Source: Acidocella sp. (GTDB lineage Bacteria; Pseudomonadota; Alphaproteobacteria; Acetobacterales; Acetobacteraceae). From it: DNA of 64,000 nucleotides. The translations under genes and the position numbers were made by a program. Positions 32,341-42,630 of the stretch are shown piece by piece (positions within the stretch are counted from its first letter, which is position 1; every line of letters starts with the position of its first letter). The stretch is taken from assembly GCA_965276685.1 (NCBI GenBank), contig OZ255623.1, positions 1,935,642 through 1,999,641 of the forward strand, given 5' to 3'. The notes below the pieces were generated by a model that did not search any database, was not told the origin of the DNA, and was given only the letters and a program-made list of their open reading frames with translations.

Positions 32341-32555
32341 TCGACCCATTTATGGTTCGCTTTGATGTCTGAATCGCCCTCTGTACATATGTAGACCCGG
32401 ATGACTCACCCTTCTTTCAGGCTGCGCCACCCGCAACCGCTACGGCTATCATAACACCTTCACCTGCTCCCGTTACATTCGCTCCCCCGCCAAGCCCAGC
32501 TCATTCCCGGGTCGTCGTTTCCAATGGCGGCAGTGTTTTAACAGTATCGGGCATA

Positions 32556-32882
32556 TTGGCCGGTGTCTCCGGTAACCCGATCAAAGTCGGCTTCTTTCAG
32601 GATCCACAAAACCCTGACTGCACTCAAACCGGGGAGCATACCGTCTTCCGGCTCACATCCAACCCGCAACACGGAACGGTGCACATTCTCCACGAAGAAA
32701 ATTTTCCGAAGCACAACGAAAAAAGCATCGACTACAAACGCGATACGATGCGAACCCCCGGCGTTGATGTAACCTACAGCCCGGCGCCTGATTATGCCGG
32801 ACCGGACGCAATCTCCTTCGATATCTTTGTTCCGGATGGTCGTGAAATGGTGGTCAATGCCTCGATTAACATCTCGCCTTGA
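32556..32882 (+). CDS. Hypothetical Ig-like (Big_9-like) domain protein, probably 5'-truncated
   Basis: HGTV...YSPAPDYAGPDAISF motif. Frame is open back to about 32373 through a Pro/Ala-rich stretch with no ATG. Confidence 0.45.
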   Translation: MAGVSGNPIKVGFFQDPQNPDCTQTGEHTVFRLTSNPQHGTVHILHEENFPKHNEKSIDYKRDTMRTPGVDVTYSPAPDYAGPDAISFDIFVPDGREMVVNASINISP

Positions 32883-32899
32883 GCGGAAGCTAACGGGAC

Positions 32900-34246
32900 T
32901 TAAAGCACGCTAACTTCCCCGGTTCTAGCGGAAGTCCTCCGCAGTTCCAAAAGCAGAACGGAGGTTGCCGCCAGCAAGGGCGCAACTCCCAACAGCTGGA
33001 AGATTGCATCCGGCCCCCAGCCAAGGCTCATCAAAAAACTCACGAGCAGTTGCAGCAGCACCTGGCCCAATCCGCCCATTCCCATCGCCCAGCCGATCCC
33101 CGTGGATCGCATGGCCGTGGGATACCGGATCGCCGCGAGCGCAAGCCCGCCGGAAACACCGATGCCGCCGACGCAAAACGAAATAACCGCCAGATCAGCC
33201 GCCATCCACAAAAGCGAATACGACGCATAGCCCACCGCAGCCGTCCCCGCCCCTCCGATGATGAGTGCGGGAACCATCGTTGCGATAGCGCCGAATTTTT
33301 CCTTGAGCCATCCAGCGTTTGCAGCGCCAAACAACATCCCCATGCCGCCGCAGCCCAGCACAACAGCGGCGCGCGGCAGCGGAATACCATGGTTATGCAT
33401 CAAGGTTGGCGCCCAGAAAAAAATTGTCGTTCCCAGCCCCACGGTCACAAAAAACAAAACCCAGAGCAACAGCGATTCAACAGTCTTGCCATCGGAAAAC
33501 AGATTGCTCACCGGCGAGCCTTTAAGAACAATCTCGTCGTTTACGAGCTGAACATCCGGCTGCACGCCCGGCGCGATTCGCGAGACGATGCGCCGCATCT
33601 GAGCGGAATCACGCTTCTTGGTCAGCAGAAACCGGATCGATTCCGGCAGCCAGACCATAAGGATGAGCACGGCAACGATCGGAAACGCGCCGCCGATCAG
33701 GAAGACCGAATGCCAGCCGAGCCGCGCGAGGATGATGGCGTCCATGATCGCCCCGGCATTTGCGCCAATCGGCCAAGCCGCCCACACCAGGCTCGTCACC
33801 ACCGCGCGATGCTTAACCGGCGCGTATTCCGAGGCGAGCGCGATAAAGCAAGGCGTTGCACCGCCCAGGCCGACACCACCAATAAAGCGGATGATGAGCA
33901 AGGCGCTGAACGTGTTCGCAAATGCCGTCGCGATGGTAAAAACACCGAAGATAAGCGTCGAGAGAACCAATATGCGCTTGCGCCCAAAACGATCAGCGAG
34001 CGATCCCATCACCGGCGTCCCGATCACAGCGCCAAAAAGCCCGGCGGAGAATACCGGCCCCAGATGCGCCTGCGTCAACCGCAAACTATCGGCGATGAGC
34101 GGCGCGGAAATACCGATCGACGATGTGTCCAATCCATTGAGGAAAGCGACCATCGCGCATAAGGCGGCGACCTGGACCAGCAACGAGCCAACCGGGCGTT
34201 CGTCGATCGCCTTCGCAACATGAAAAATCTTGGCCGATGCGTCCAT
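32900..34246 (-). CDS. MFS aromatic acid:H+ symporter, paralog of 10524-11885
   Basis: FLNGLD, LADRFGRKR, FIALASEYAP, RSTGIGW. Confidence 0.9.
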   Translation of the reverse strand: MDASAKIFHVAKAIDERPVGSLLVQVAALCAMVAFLNGLDTSSIGISAPLIADSLRLTQAHLGPVFSAGLFGAVIGTPVMGSLADRFGRKRILVLSTLIFGVFTIATAFANTFSALLIIRFIGGVGLGGATPCFIALASEYAPVKHRAVVTSLVWAAWPIGANAGAIMDAIILARLGWHSVFLIGGAFPIVAVLILMVWLPESIRFLLTKKRDSAQMRRIVSRIAPGVQPDVQLVNDEIVLKGSPVSNLFSDGKTVESLLLWVLFFVTVGLGTTIFFWAPTLMHNHGIPLPRAAVVLGCGGMGMLFGAANAGWLKEKFGAIATMVPALIIGGAGTAAVGYASYSLLWMAADLAVISFCVGGIGVSGGLALAAIRYPTAMRSTGIGWAMGMGGLGQVLLQLLVSFLMSLGWGPDAIFQLLGVAPLLAATSVLLLELRRTSARTGEVSVL

Positions 34247-34262
34247 CGTTTTCTCCCTTACG

Positions 34263-35144
34263 TTACGCTGCCGGTTCCCAAACCGCGTGTGCATCCCCGC
34301 GTTTCAGGCGGCCCAGGTTTGGCCACGGAAAATGCGGGGTGAAACTCTGCCAGCCCGGCTCCAGAAGCATTGCGATAAGCTTGTGCCGTGTTTCTACGGC
34401 CAGGTCAGGGTCCATGTCCATCGGGTTGTAAACATGCGGCGTCTGGATCGACACCGCCGAATCGGCGATGGCATCGGCCGTGAACAGTAGTTTTTCATTG
34501 CCGCTTGAGAGAATGTAGCCCATTTGGCCGGGTGCATGGCCAGGCAGCAAAATCGTGCCGATACCCGGCAGCACCTCCTCCCCGGCGCGAAAGGTTTTCA
34601 GCGTATCGCCTGCAAAGCCCAGCATCCGCTTCGCATGTTCCGCCATCTGAATTTTAATCGGCGGCGGCGATGCGGTCCATTGCAGGTCGAGCGGCTCCTG
34701 GCTCCAGAAAGCCAGCTCCTCAGCGCCGACGTAATAGGTCGCGTTCGGATAAAGCTTCGCGCCGTCGCTGCCGTACATGCCGCCCACATGGTCGGGGTGG
34801 ATATGCGAGATGAGCACGGCGTTGATCTCAGCCGGAGAAATGCCCGCAGCTTTGAGTGACGCGGGAACGCGCCCCACGGTGCGTAACGGCTGGCCATGGC
34901 TCATCGGATTCAATCCGAAGCCAGTGTCCATCAACACCAGTCCGGTACCGGGCAGCCGAACCAGCAGGCACGAGAGCGGCAGCAACACAAGGTCTTGGCC
35001 CGGCACCGGCGGCCTGGGAATGCCGCCATCGCTAAGCGCGATACATTCGATCTCGCCAAATTGAAAGCGATGAAAGCGCGGCTGCGCGCCGGGCAATGCA
35101 ACAAAATCGTCCATTGCGCCGGTTTCGGAAGTCTTAGCGTTCAA
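34263..35144 (-). CDS. MBL-fold metallo-hydrolase (methyl-parathion hydrolase/lactonase-like)
   Basis: ALSDG, LMDTGFG, HIHPDH, PGHAPG, AD, HFPWP. Confidence 0.88.
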   Translation of the reverse strand: MNAKTSETGAMDDFVALPGAQPRFHRFQFGEIECIALSDGGIPRPPVPGQDLVLLPLSCLLVRLPGTGLVLMDTGFGLNPMSHGQPLRTVGRVPASLKAAGISPAEINAVLISHIHPDHVGGMYGSDGAKLYPNATYYVGAEELAFWSQEPLDLQWTASPPPIKIQMAEHAKRMLGFAGDTLKTFRAGEEVLPGIGTILLPGHAPGQMGYILSSGNEKLLFTADAIADSAVSIQTPHVYNPMDMDPDLAVETRHKLIAMLLEPGWQSFTPHFPWPNLGRLKRGDAHAVWEPAA

Positions 35145-35223
35145 GTGATATCCTTACTTTCAAGTGGCCTGCTCGCAAGCTCGCAGCGAGCAGGCGTTTA
35201 TTCCAGAACGCGTGGGACCAGAA

Positions 35224-36612
35224 TTAAAACCCTCCGGCTTTCGCGGCCAGTTCCTGCGCTGAGAAGAAAGAATCCGGCAGCTGCGCGATGATCTGATAAG
35301 ATGGCCGGCTTGAAGAATTGGTCGCAGAGGTAATCGAACAAACATTGGAGTGCAGATCATAGGTTATGAAGAAAGAGCCAGCGACATGGCAGGGAATGTC
35401 CGGCATGAGCGCCGGGACCATATGCTGGAATTTCCACAAGCCGTTTTGGGCGTCATAAATTTCACCCAGCAGTGCAGCACCCCCGTCTTCATCGGTATAG
35501 ACCATACGCCGCGCATCGACATTTCGTGCGCTGGACTTCACTGTCATCTCGACGACCCTCACACGGTGAAGTTCCCACCTCACGATATCCGGATTAACGA
35601 AATGTGCTGAAAACTGCGTTCCCGGCTCCGCATTCCATGCCTTATTGGAATTATACGGAACAAACATCTCCTTTACGCCGAGATAATTGCAGTCGTATTC
35701 ATCGAGCTTGCCGGAAAAGATATTAAATTCGTCCCAGTTCACCGCTCCGCCGGTAAGCGAGTTTGGTGTATCGTATTGCAACTCCGGCGCGCTACGCACC
35801 CGACGCTCGCCTTGGAGATATTCATAACCCTGAACCGGCGTGAGATAAGCATTCAGCGGCGTCCGCGTAACTATAAAGCCGCCGGCTTCATAGGGCGGCG
35901 CAATGGGGTCGAGAAATGCTTCGAGGTAAAGGCCGCCCCAGCTGTTCTGTCCATTTTCGAAATAATAAGGATATTGGACCCACGAACGGTTCACACCTTC
36001 GAGAACAACTTCCCCAGAGGCGGTAATCGTATAACTAAACGTTTCGTTCTTGAACGTTGTTCCAGCCCAGGCAAGCAGATGATTCCACATAACCTGATGG
36101 CCATTTGCCGGAATCGGGAAGGGGATGCCGCCATAGGCGTTGGCAACCGCGTTACCATCATTCGTCAACTGCGCGCTTGATGCGTTTTTATAGATGGAGT
36201 CATAAATCCATTGCGGCGCGCCGGAGGTACGATGTGTCGGGAATACCTCCATTTTATAGTCCGGAAATTTCTGGAACATCGCCAACTGCCCTGGCGATAG
36301 CTTGTCCTTGTACTGCTCCGCGTTGGAGGCTGTAATGGTGAACAGCGCTGCGTCATTCAAAATTGGCGGAATGGGCCGCACCTCTCCCGATGTATAATCA
36401 GGCGGCACAGTGGTGTAGCCGCCGGTCCATGCCGGGATCGTGCCGTCTGCATTTCCGGCCCGCACTGCCCCAAACGGCGTCAGCGCACCTTTCAAATCAT
36501 TAGCGGTATACTGCGCCGTTTGCGCGCGGGACAGCTTCGGCGCAGCCGCAACCGCAACCGCAACCGTCGCGGCGGAAGCCATAAGAATAGAACGTCGATT
36601 CATTTTTACCAT
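35224..36612 (-). CDS. DUF1329 family protein, second copy
   Basis: NRRSILM signal; LTPFGAVRAGNADGTIPAWTGG, ERRVRSAPEL.YD; collinear with 17843-19234. Confidence 0.88.
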   Translation of the reverse strand: MVKMNRRSILMASAATVAVAVAAAPKLSRAQTAQYTANDLKGALTPFGAVRAGNADGTIPAWTGGYTTVPPDYTSGEVRPIPPILNDAALFTITASNAEQYKDKLSPGQLAMFQKFPDYKMEVFPTHRTSGAPQWIYDSIYKNASSAQLTNDGNAVANAYGGIPFPIPANGHQVMWNHLLAWAGTTFKNETFSYTITASGEVVLEGVNRSWVQYPYYFENGQNSWGGLYLEAFLDPIAPPYEAGGFIVTRTPLNAYLTPVQGYEYLQGERRVRSAPELQYDTPNSLTGGAVNWDEFNIFSGKLDEYDCNYLGVKEMFVPYNSNKAWNAEPGTQFSAHFVNPDIVRWELHRVRVVEMTVKSSARNVDARRMVYTDEDGGAALLGEIYDAQNGLWKFQHMVPALMPDIPCHVAGSFFITYDLHSNVCSITSATNSSSRPSYQIIAQLPDSFFSAQELAAKAGGF

Positions 36613-36637
36613 TTTTGCTTTCCTCCTTGGAATATTC

Positions 36638-38314
36638 TCAGAACGTCCGCTCGACGTTAAACGAAACGAAATCGCGGTCGGCTGCCGGGTCGCGAGCAGG
36701 CGGCGCGATGTAGCGCGTGTAGCTGAATCCGCCCGTCCATTTGTTCAGATAAATACCAGATACTCCGATCGTCAGATCGCCGCCGCGATCGATGCCGGTA
36801 CTGTTAAACACAATCGTATCTGGCGCGCGGCCAGAGAAATTCCAGCCCAGGCCAATGCTTGGCGTGACTTCCAAACCCGGCAGAACCTCAAAATAGGTAA
36901 CCGAACCAATTGTGCGCAGACCCTCAGCCATGTGCCCGGATTCGGCCCGGTCATAATTCTCTTCATTCTTCGTGATCGAGAGCAGACTATCAGCCGCGGC
37001 CTCGCCAATCACCGACGAACTATCCCAGAACGACGTTTTCGGCCCCAGGTAGATTTCCGAAACCTGGTAATGCAGCGTATTGCCAATCGCGTAAAGCGCA
37101 TGATTTGAGTTGTTGGCTTGCTCCCCTGGCGCCACGCTCACCGAGCTATTGAGGTTTTCGTTCGTCCGGATGGAAACCTCGCCCGCAAAATTTACCGGGC
37201 CATACGTCGCGCTCGATGACGCACCAAATATCTGAATACCATCGGCATAAACCACTCTATAAGTCCCGAGCGCAAGCGCAGCCGGTGAACCTGCCGCAGT
37301 ACCAGCGACGGGTTTCGGTCCGGTCGGGTTGACATAGGTATAAATGGTCGGCGCGGTGTTATTGAATTGCAGGCCATAGAGGCCAAAATCCGCCGTTGTA
37401 TTATTTGGGTTCCAGTGCAATGAACCGCCGAACTGCCCGGTATTGGATCCGCTCATATCCTTCGCGCGATAGAAATAAAGCGCCGAGCCGGGCTTCGCCG
37501 CGCTGATATAAGGCGAAGCACTAGCGGCATAAATGCGTTGAGCACCTGCGCCGAGGACATCGGTGAAGGAGAAGTAGCTACCAACCGGCGCCAGCAGTTC
37601 GCTTTCCCATTCAAATTGATAGTACGCGCTGACTGCGATCGTCGGAGTAAGCTGCACGCTTAGCGATGCTTGACCGACCGGCAAAAACAGGTTTTTAGCC
37701 TGCGTGTTCGGCACGCTGCTCGCGCGCTCGATGTCGATCGGCGACTGGCCAGCGGCAATGCCGTTCGCGGCAAACAGCAGACTTTCGCCGAACTGATTTA
37801 CGAAGCGTCCAACGCGCAAAGTGACCGGCACCGGGCCTAGATTACCGGAACCATAAACAAACAGGTTTCGCAGTTCGATGTTGCGGCCCGCCTGTGTCAC
37901 CGTCTCGCTGGTGAATTTACTGGCAGGCGTCGAAGCCGGATTATAGGTCGAACCGTTGGTGCTTTGCGTCTTCTGGTTATAAACCGTGTCGTAGAAACTA
38001 TCGATCGTGGTGTCGAAACCAAATCCATTATCGCTGATATCGAACTTGGAAAGCAGATCGACGCGATTAGAGACGATGCCCGAGCGCAGGCTGTCATCGC
38101 CGTCGTTAGTGTTTCCAGCGTTAACCTTAGGGCCGCCAACTTCAGGGTTAAACGGGGCGACGCGCTCAACTACGGAATACTGCAAAGTATTGTCAAAGCG
38201 CACATCCACGCCATTGTCGAACTGATAATCGAACGCGTGCGCGGGATGCCCCAAGGCGAGCAAAGCCACGGAGGCAACGCCTGAAAGCAATAGATTTTTC
38301 TTTTTCATCGACAT
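36638..38314 (-). CDS. DUF1302 family outer-membrane protein, second copy
   Basis: FDYQFDNGVDVRFDNTLQY, C-terminal DRDFVSFNVERTF; collinear with 19248-20933. Confidence 0.88.
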   Translation of the reverse strand: MSMKKKNLLLSGVASVALLALGHPAHAFDYQFDNGVDVRFDNTLQYSVVERVAPFNPEVGGPKVNAGNTNDGDDSLRSGIVSNRVDLLSKFDISDNGFGFDTTIDSFYDTVYNQKTQSTNGSTYNPASTPASKFTSETVTQAGRNIELRNLFVYGSGNLGPVPVTLRVGRFVNQFGESLLFAANGIAAGQSPIDIERASSVPNTQAKNLFLPVGQASLSVQLTPTIAVSAYYQFEWESELLAPVGSYFSFTDVLGAGAQRIYAASASPYISAAKPGSALYFYRAKDMSGSNTGQFGGSLHWNPNNTTADFGLYGLQFNNTAPTIYTYVNPTGPKPVAGTAAGSPAALALGTYRVVYADGIQIFGASSSATYGPVNFAGEVSIRTNENLNSSVSVAPGEQANNSNHALYAIGNTLHYQVSEIYLGPKTSFWDSSSVIGEAAADSLLSITKNEENYDRAESGHMAEGLRTIGSVTYFEVLPGLEVTPSIGLGWNFSGRAPDTIVFNSTGIDRGGDLTIGVSGIYLNKWTGGFSYTRYIAPPARDPAADRDFVSFNVERTF

Positions 38315-38518
38315 ATCTCCCATTATTTTTGTCCTCGTTAAGTCCGGCTAACCTGAATCTCTCGCAAAAACGTAAACGCGATACGAGAATGAGTTTGCGG
38401 AAAATCCCGGATGTTGTTTCCTCAATTTCGCTTCGTCATTATTCGTTAAAAATTTCCTACCCCCACCGCCCGATATGTGTAAAATAGATATTTGCATCAT
38501 GGCCTATAGGAAATCTCA

Positions 38519-39496
38519 ATGTCCAAGCCTCCTGAGCCTTCCGCCGCGCCTGAGCTTTCGTTGCGCGCCGTCAACCTCAACCTGATCCCTATTCTGCACG
38601 GGCTGCTGCGGGAATGCGGCGTATCCCGCGCTGCAAAAACACTCAACCTTGCACAACCAACGGTGAGCGCGGCACTCGCACGCCTGCGGGAAATGTTCGA
38701 CGACCCCCTACTGATGCCAGACGGGCGCGGCATGGCGTTATCGCCGCGCGCCAAAGCCTTGCTTCCACATGTGGAAGAAGCCTGTGCAGCCCTCAAGCTC
38801 ATCTGGGCGCCGGAAGTGTTCGAGCCCGCCAAGGCCAGGCAGAATTTCACGATCGTGGCCCTGGATTACGGGCCGCTTGTTGTCGGTCCGCAACTCATCA
38901 ACGCTCTGGCGGAACACGCGCCCGGCATCTCCGTGCAATTCATCAATCCATCGGAGGAGGCGTTTGAAAAAGTCCGCAACGGAACGCTGGATTTTCAGCT
39001 CATTCCCAGCAGAATCCTCAACCGGCCGGAACTCTCCGTTTTGCACAACGCGCGGCTCCTGCCGGATAATTACGTCGCCGTCGTCGGGCCGCGCCATCCG
39101 CTCTGGTCCCAGGAGAGTGTCTCGGACTCGGAAATTTCCAGCCACCGGCATATTTCCTTCTCGCCGTTTTACACCTCGCTGCTAGACCCGGTTTTTGCCC
39201 CGGCGCTCGGCACGCCATTGCCCAGCTCTCTAAGCCCCTTGCAGGAACGCACGGTGGTCGCCAGGGTAGAGCAGCTTACGGTATTGCCGATGCTCGCGGT
39301 GTTGACCGACTCGGTCGTTTTCGTTCCCCGGCGCCTGGCGATGCAATTCCAGCCTTATCTGAATCTGAAAATCATCGGAACCCCACGCCCGAGCGGCGAC
39401 ATCATGCTGGTTTGGAGCGAACTGAAACAATCCGACCCCGCGCATCGCTGGTTCCGCGAATTCGCCGTTCAGGTCGTCAAGGACGACCCAGCTTAA
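38519..39496 (+). CDS. LysR-family regulator (NodD/SyrM-like)
   Basis: LRAVNLNLIPIL..LL....VSRAA..L.LAQPTVSAALARLR; SDPAHRWFR tail. Confidence 0.9.
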   Translation: MSKPPEPSAAPELSLRAVNLNLIPILHGLLRECGVSRAAKTLNLAQPTVSAALARLREMFDDPLLMPDGRGMALSPRAKALLPHVEEACAALKLIWAPEVFEPAKARQNFTIVALDYGPLVVGPQLINALAEHAPGISVQFINPSEEAFEKVRNGTLDFQLIPSRILNRPELSVLHNARLLPDNYVAVVGPRHPLWSQESVSDSEISSHRHISFSPFYTSLLDPVFAPALGTPLPSSLSPLQERTVVARVEQLTVLPMLAVLTDSVVFVPRRLAMQFQPYLNLKIIGTPRPSGDIMLVWSELKQSDPAHRWFREFAVQVVKDDPA

Positions 39497-40086
39497 GCTT
39501 CTATTTTCATCCCGGCCCACGCAAACGCGGCGCGGTACAACGCATTTACCGCGTCGGGCCTGTCATCGCCGAAGAGATCGTCCTTTATCGTTACGCCCAT
39601 CGTGTGCAGGTGGTAGCCAACAAAACGGTAGCTCGGGCGAATGCGCGCAATAACCGCGGTATCAACCCGCAACTGCACTCCCGGAATCGTTGGCGCCATC
39701 GTATCGCGTTCATAGATCGCATCCAGGCTGGCAATCTTCCACACGCCGCCGCGTTGCTCCACGCGGTAAAGCAGCCTGGAATACGCCGTCAGGTCGATTT
39801 CGGTGTCATGAATCATCGTCCGCGCTTCCGCACAGCACGGCAGCTCAACAACCGCCCGGCTTTCTCGAGCATGGATGACCGGCGGCGAGAGCCGGTGCAG
39901 CACCTTGTTGCCCCGCTCGCTCATCTTCTGCGACCCCGCCGTAAAGTCATAGCCGTTGCCGTCAAACCAGCTCAACCGGACCGTCGAATCCTCATGAAAG
40001 CAGCCGCGCATCTGCGCCCACCAGGCGCGGTCCCGCCCCTGCCGTTCCTGCAAAACCAATTGGGTTATCTGGTCAATATCGCTCAT
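39493..40086 (-). CDS. SnoaL-like/NTF2-family protein
   Basis: ERQGRDRAWW..MR.CFH.DS.VRLSWF, HRL, YSRLLYRVE..GG.WKI. Confidence 0.75.
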   Translation of the reverse strand: MSDIDQITQLVLQERQGRDRAWWAQMRGCFHEDSTVRLSWFDGNGYDFTAGSQKMSERGNKVLHRLSPPVIHARESRAVVELPCCAEARTMIHDTEIDLTAYSRLLYRVEQRGGVWKIASLDAIYERDTMAPTIPGVQLRVDTAVIARIRPSYRFVGYHLHTMGVTIKDDLFGDDRPDAVNALYRAAFAWAGMKIEA

Positions 40087-40452
40087 TTGTTCCCCCTGTT
40101 ATCTTCGTTTGCCGGATGCTTCTTGCTGAAATCCGGCAATGTGAGGGTGTTTTAAGTTATTTGTAAAATAGATAATGCTATTATCCCATATAGAAACAGT
40201 CTATATAGCGCTCTCCTCATCAATGAACAGTAAATTAAACTTGGTGCGTGTACCGCCGCCGTGCTGCTAAACGTACGGTTGTCTGGCTATATTTGCTTTT
40301 CCCTTCCCGTCAAAAAGGTGCACAACCGCATTCAAACCTCGCATTGTTTCTGTTCCAATGGTAAGGTATCGTCCATGATCGTAATATTTCTTAAGGTTTC
40401 CAGCCGTTCCGCAACCTGTGCCTAAGCGCGCGGAGATCATTTAGAGCTTGAT

Positions 40453-42630
40453 ATGACCCGAATGCAGGCGCCCACCATCCTTATCGTCGATGATAGCGTC
40501 ACCAACAGGCGTATCTATTCAAGGCTGGCACACAGGTTGAACGCCGAGGTCAACGTGCTTGCGTTCGGCCACCCGCAAGAGGCGGTGGACTGGCTCGCCC
40601 ATAGCTCCGCGGACCTCATCATCACGGACTATAAAATGCCGGGCATAACCGGCGATGAGCTCGTGCGCCGGGTCCGCTCGGGCCATCGCGACCCGGACAT
40701 GCCGATCATCGTCGTTACCGCCTATGACGACCGGCAGTTCCGCGTCATGTCGCTGGAGGCCGGGGCGACCGATTTCCTGCTAAGCCCCGTCGATCATACC
40801 GAGTTCGTGACCAGGGCGCGCAACCTTCTCAAGCTCAGGATGCAGCAGCAAATGCTGGTCCAGCGTGCCGATCTGCTGGAACAGCGGCTGGAGATCAGCC
40901 TCACCGCGCAGGAGCAGCTGTTGCGGGAAAGCCGGGAAGCCTTGGCGCAGGTGATCGACACCGTACCGGCGCTCATCAGCGCCGCGGACCGGGACGGCAA
41001 ATGCGTTTTCGTCAACGCCTCTCAGGCCGCCGCCGCCGGCGCATCGCCTGCCGAGCTCGCCGGCAGGCCGGTGGATCTCATTTTCGGGGCAGATCGCGCG
41101 GCATCCAGCCGGCGGCTGGACAGCCTGGTGATCGAAAGCGGCCAGCCGGCCCCGATGCGGGAGGAGGAAGTTCCCGGCGGCGCGGGGGAAATGCGCGTCT
41201 ATCTTACAAGCAAGGTGCCGCTGCGCGACAGCAAGGGGGTCACCACCAGCGTCCTCACAACCTCAGTCGATATCACGGAGCGCCGGGCTGCCGAGCGGCG
41301 TTTGCAGCACATGGTTAACCACGACTCATTGACCAGCCTGCCCAACCGCACCATGCTGCGGGACCGGCTGCGGCGGGAGCTGGCCAGGGGGCGCCGCGGC
41401 GACAAACAATTTGCCCTGCATTTCATCGATCTCGATCGTTTCAAGGCGATCAACGACGGGCACGGCCATGAAGGCGGCGACAAGCTGCTCTGCCGCGTCG
41501 CCGAGGCGCTCTCCAACATCGTGGGCGAGAACGACACGGTCGCGCGTATCGGCGGGGATGAATTCGCCATTCTCCAGCCCGGCATAACCGGCCCGGAAGG
41601 CGCGGTGACGATGGCCGGCAAAATCATCGCGGCGCTCAACCAGCCGGCCGACAAGCCCAATGCGCTCTCGGTCGGCGCCAGCATCGGCATCACCCTCTCG
41701 CCGCAGGACGGCAACGAGCCGGACGCGCTGCTCAAAAATTCAGATCAGGCGATGTATTCGGCGAAAAAAATCGGCGGCAATACCTGGCGTTTTTTCGCGG
41801 CCGAAATGCGTCCGAAGGCGAGCCAGGGCGCACAGCTGGAGGCCGACCTACGCGGCGCGCTCGCGCGGCAGGAGTTTGTGCTGCATTATCAGCCGCAGGT
41901 CGATCTGCGGCGCCGGGCGATTGTCGGCGCGGAGGCATTGCTTCGCTGGGAGCGCCCTGGCCACGGGCTGCTGCGGCCGGAAAGTTTTCTCGGCCTGGCG
42001 GAGGAAACCGGCCTCATCGTGCCGATCAATGAGTGGGTGTTGAAGACCGCCTGCGCGCAAGCCGCGGCCTGGGAGGCGGCGGGCATCTCCGGGCTTCGCA
42101 TGTCGGTCAACCTCTCGCCTATCCAGTTCCGCCGCCGCAGCGCCTGTAGCGCCGTCGCGGTGGCGATCGCCGATACGGGCGTGACGCCATCCCTGCTGGA
42201 CCTCGAACTCACCGAGAGCATCCTGCTGGGAGACGCGGAGGACGTCGTCGCGCAGCTGCATGGCTTGCGGGCGCTCGGCGTTACCCTCTCGCTGGATGAT
42301 TTCGGTACAGGCTATTCCTCCTTCAGCTACGTCCGCAACTTCCCCATCGACCGGCTAAAGATTGACCGGTCTTTCGTGCAAGGCCTGGGCAGCAATGAGA
42401 GCGATCTCGCCATCGTGCGGACGATCATCGACCTTGGCCATATCATGCGCCTGCGCGTGGTGGCGGAGGGTGTGGAAACCGCCGCGCAATCCGCGCTTTT
42501 GCTGGCGGAGGGCTGTGACGAGGTCCAGGGCTTCTATTTCAGCGAGGCCGTGCCGCCTGAAATTTTCCTGAAACGGCTGCTGGCGCGGCAAATCGGCATC
42601 CATGCCCTTTCCGCGGCGGCGGCTGGGTGA
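40453..42630 (+). CDS. Response regulator REC-PAS-GGDEF-EAL with RpfG-like receiver
   Basis: ILIVDD, ITDYKMP, NLLKLR..QRADLLEQRL linker, PAS, DLDRFK..ND, GGDEF, YQPQ, EAL, ELTE, DDFGTGYSS, KIDRSF, AEGVE. Confidence 0.92.
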   Translation: MTRMQAPTILIVDDSVTNRRIYSRLAHRLNAEVNVLAFGHPQEAVDWLAHSSADLIITDYKMPGITGDELVRRVRSGHRDPDMPIIVVTAYDDRQFRVMSLEAGATDFLLSPVDHTEFVTRARNLLKLRMQQQMLVQRADLLEQRLEISLTAQEQLLRESREALAQVIDTVPALISAADRDGKCVFVNASQAAAAGASPAELAGRPVDLIFGADRAASSRRLDSLVIESGQPAPMREEEVPGGAGEMRVYLTSKVPLRDSKGVTTSVLTTSVDITERRAAERRLQHMVNHDSLTSLPNRTMLRDRLRRELARGRRGDKQFALHFIDLDRFKAINDGHGHEGGDKLLCRVAEALSNIVGENDTVARIGGDEFAILQPGITGPEGAVTMAGKIIAALNQPADKPNALSVGASIGITLSPQDGNEPDALLKNSDQAMYSAKKIGGNTWRFFAAEMRPKASQGAQLEADLRGALARQEFVLHYQPQVDLRRRAIVGAEALLRWERPGHGLLRPESFLGLAEETGLIVPINEWVLKTACAQAAAWEAAGISGLRMSVNLSPIQFRRRSACSAVAVAIADTGVTPSLLDLELTESILLGDAEDVVAQLHGLRALGVTLSLDDFGTGYSSFSYVRNFPIDRLKIDRSFVQGLGSNESDLAIVRTIIDLGHIMRLRVVAEGVETAAQSALLLAEGCDEVQGFYFSEAVPPEIFLKRLLARQIGIHALSAAAAG

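Noticed and set aside
32128-32394. ORF with ERDDIKL repeats
   Set aside because: Runs through the tRNA and the tandem repeat; the peptide repeat is a by-product.
33050-34162. 370-aa plus-strand ORF
   Set aside because: Antisense shadow of the MFS gene.
32189-40450. Classical tRNA-anchored integrative element
   Set aside because: No integrase and no duplicated tRNA 3' end found; only the accessory gene content supports it.
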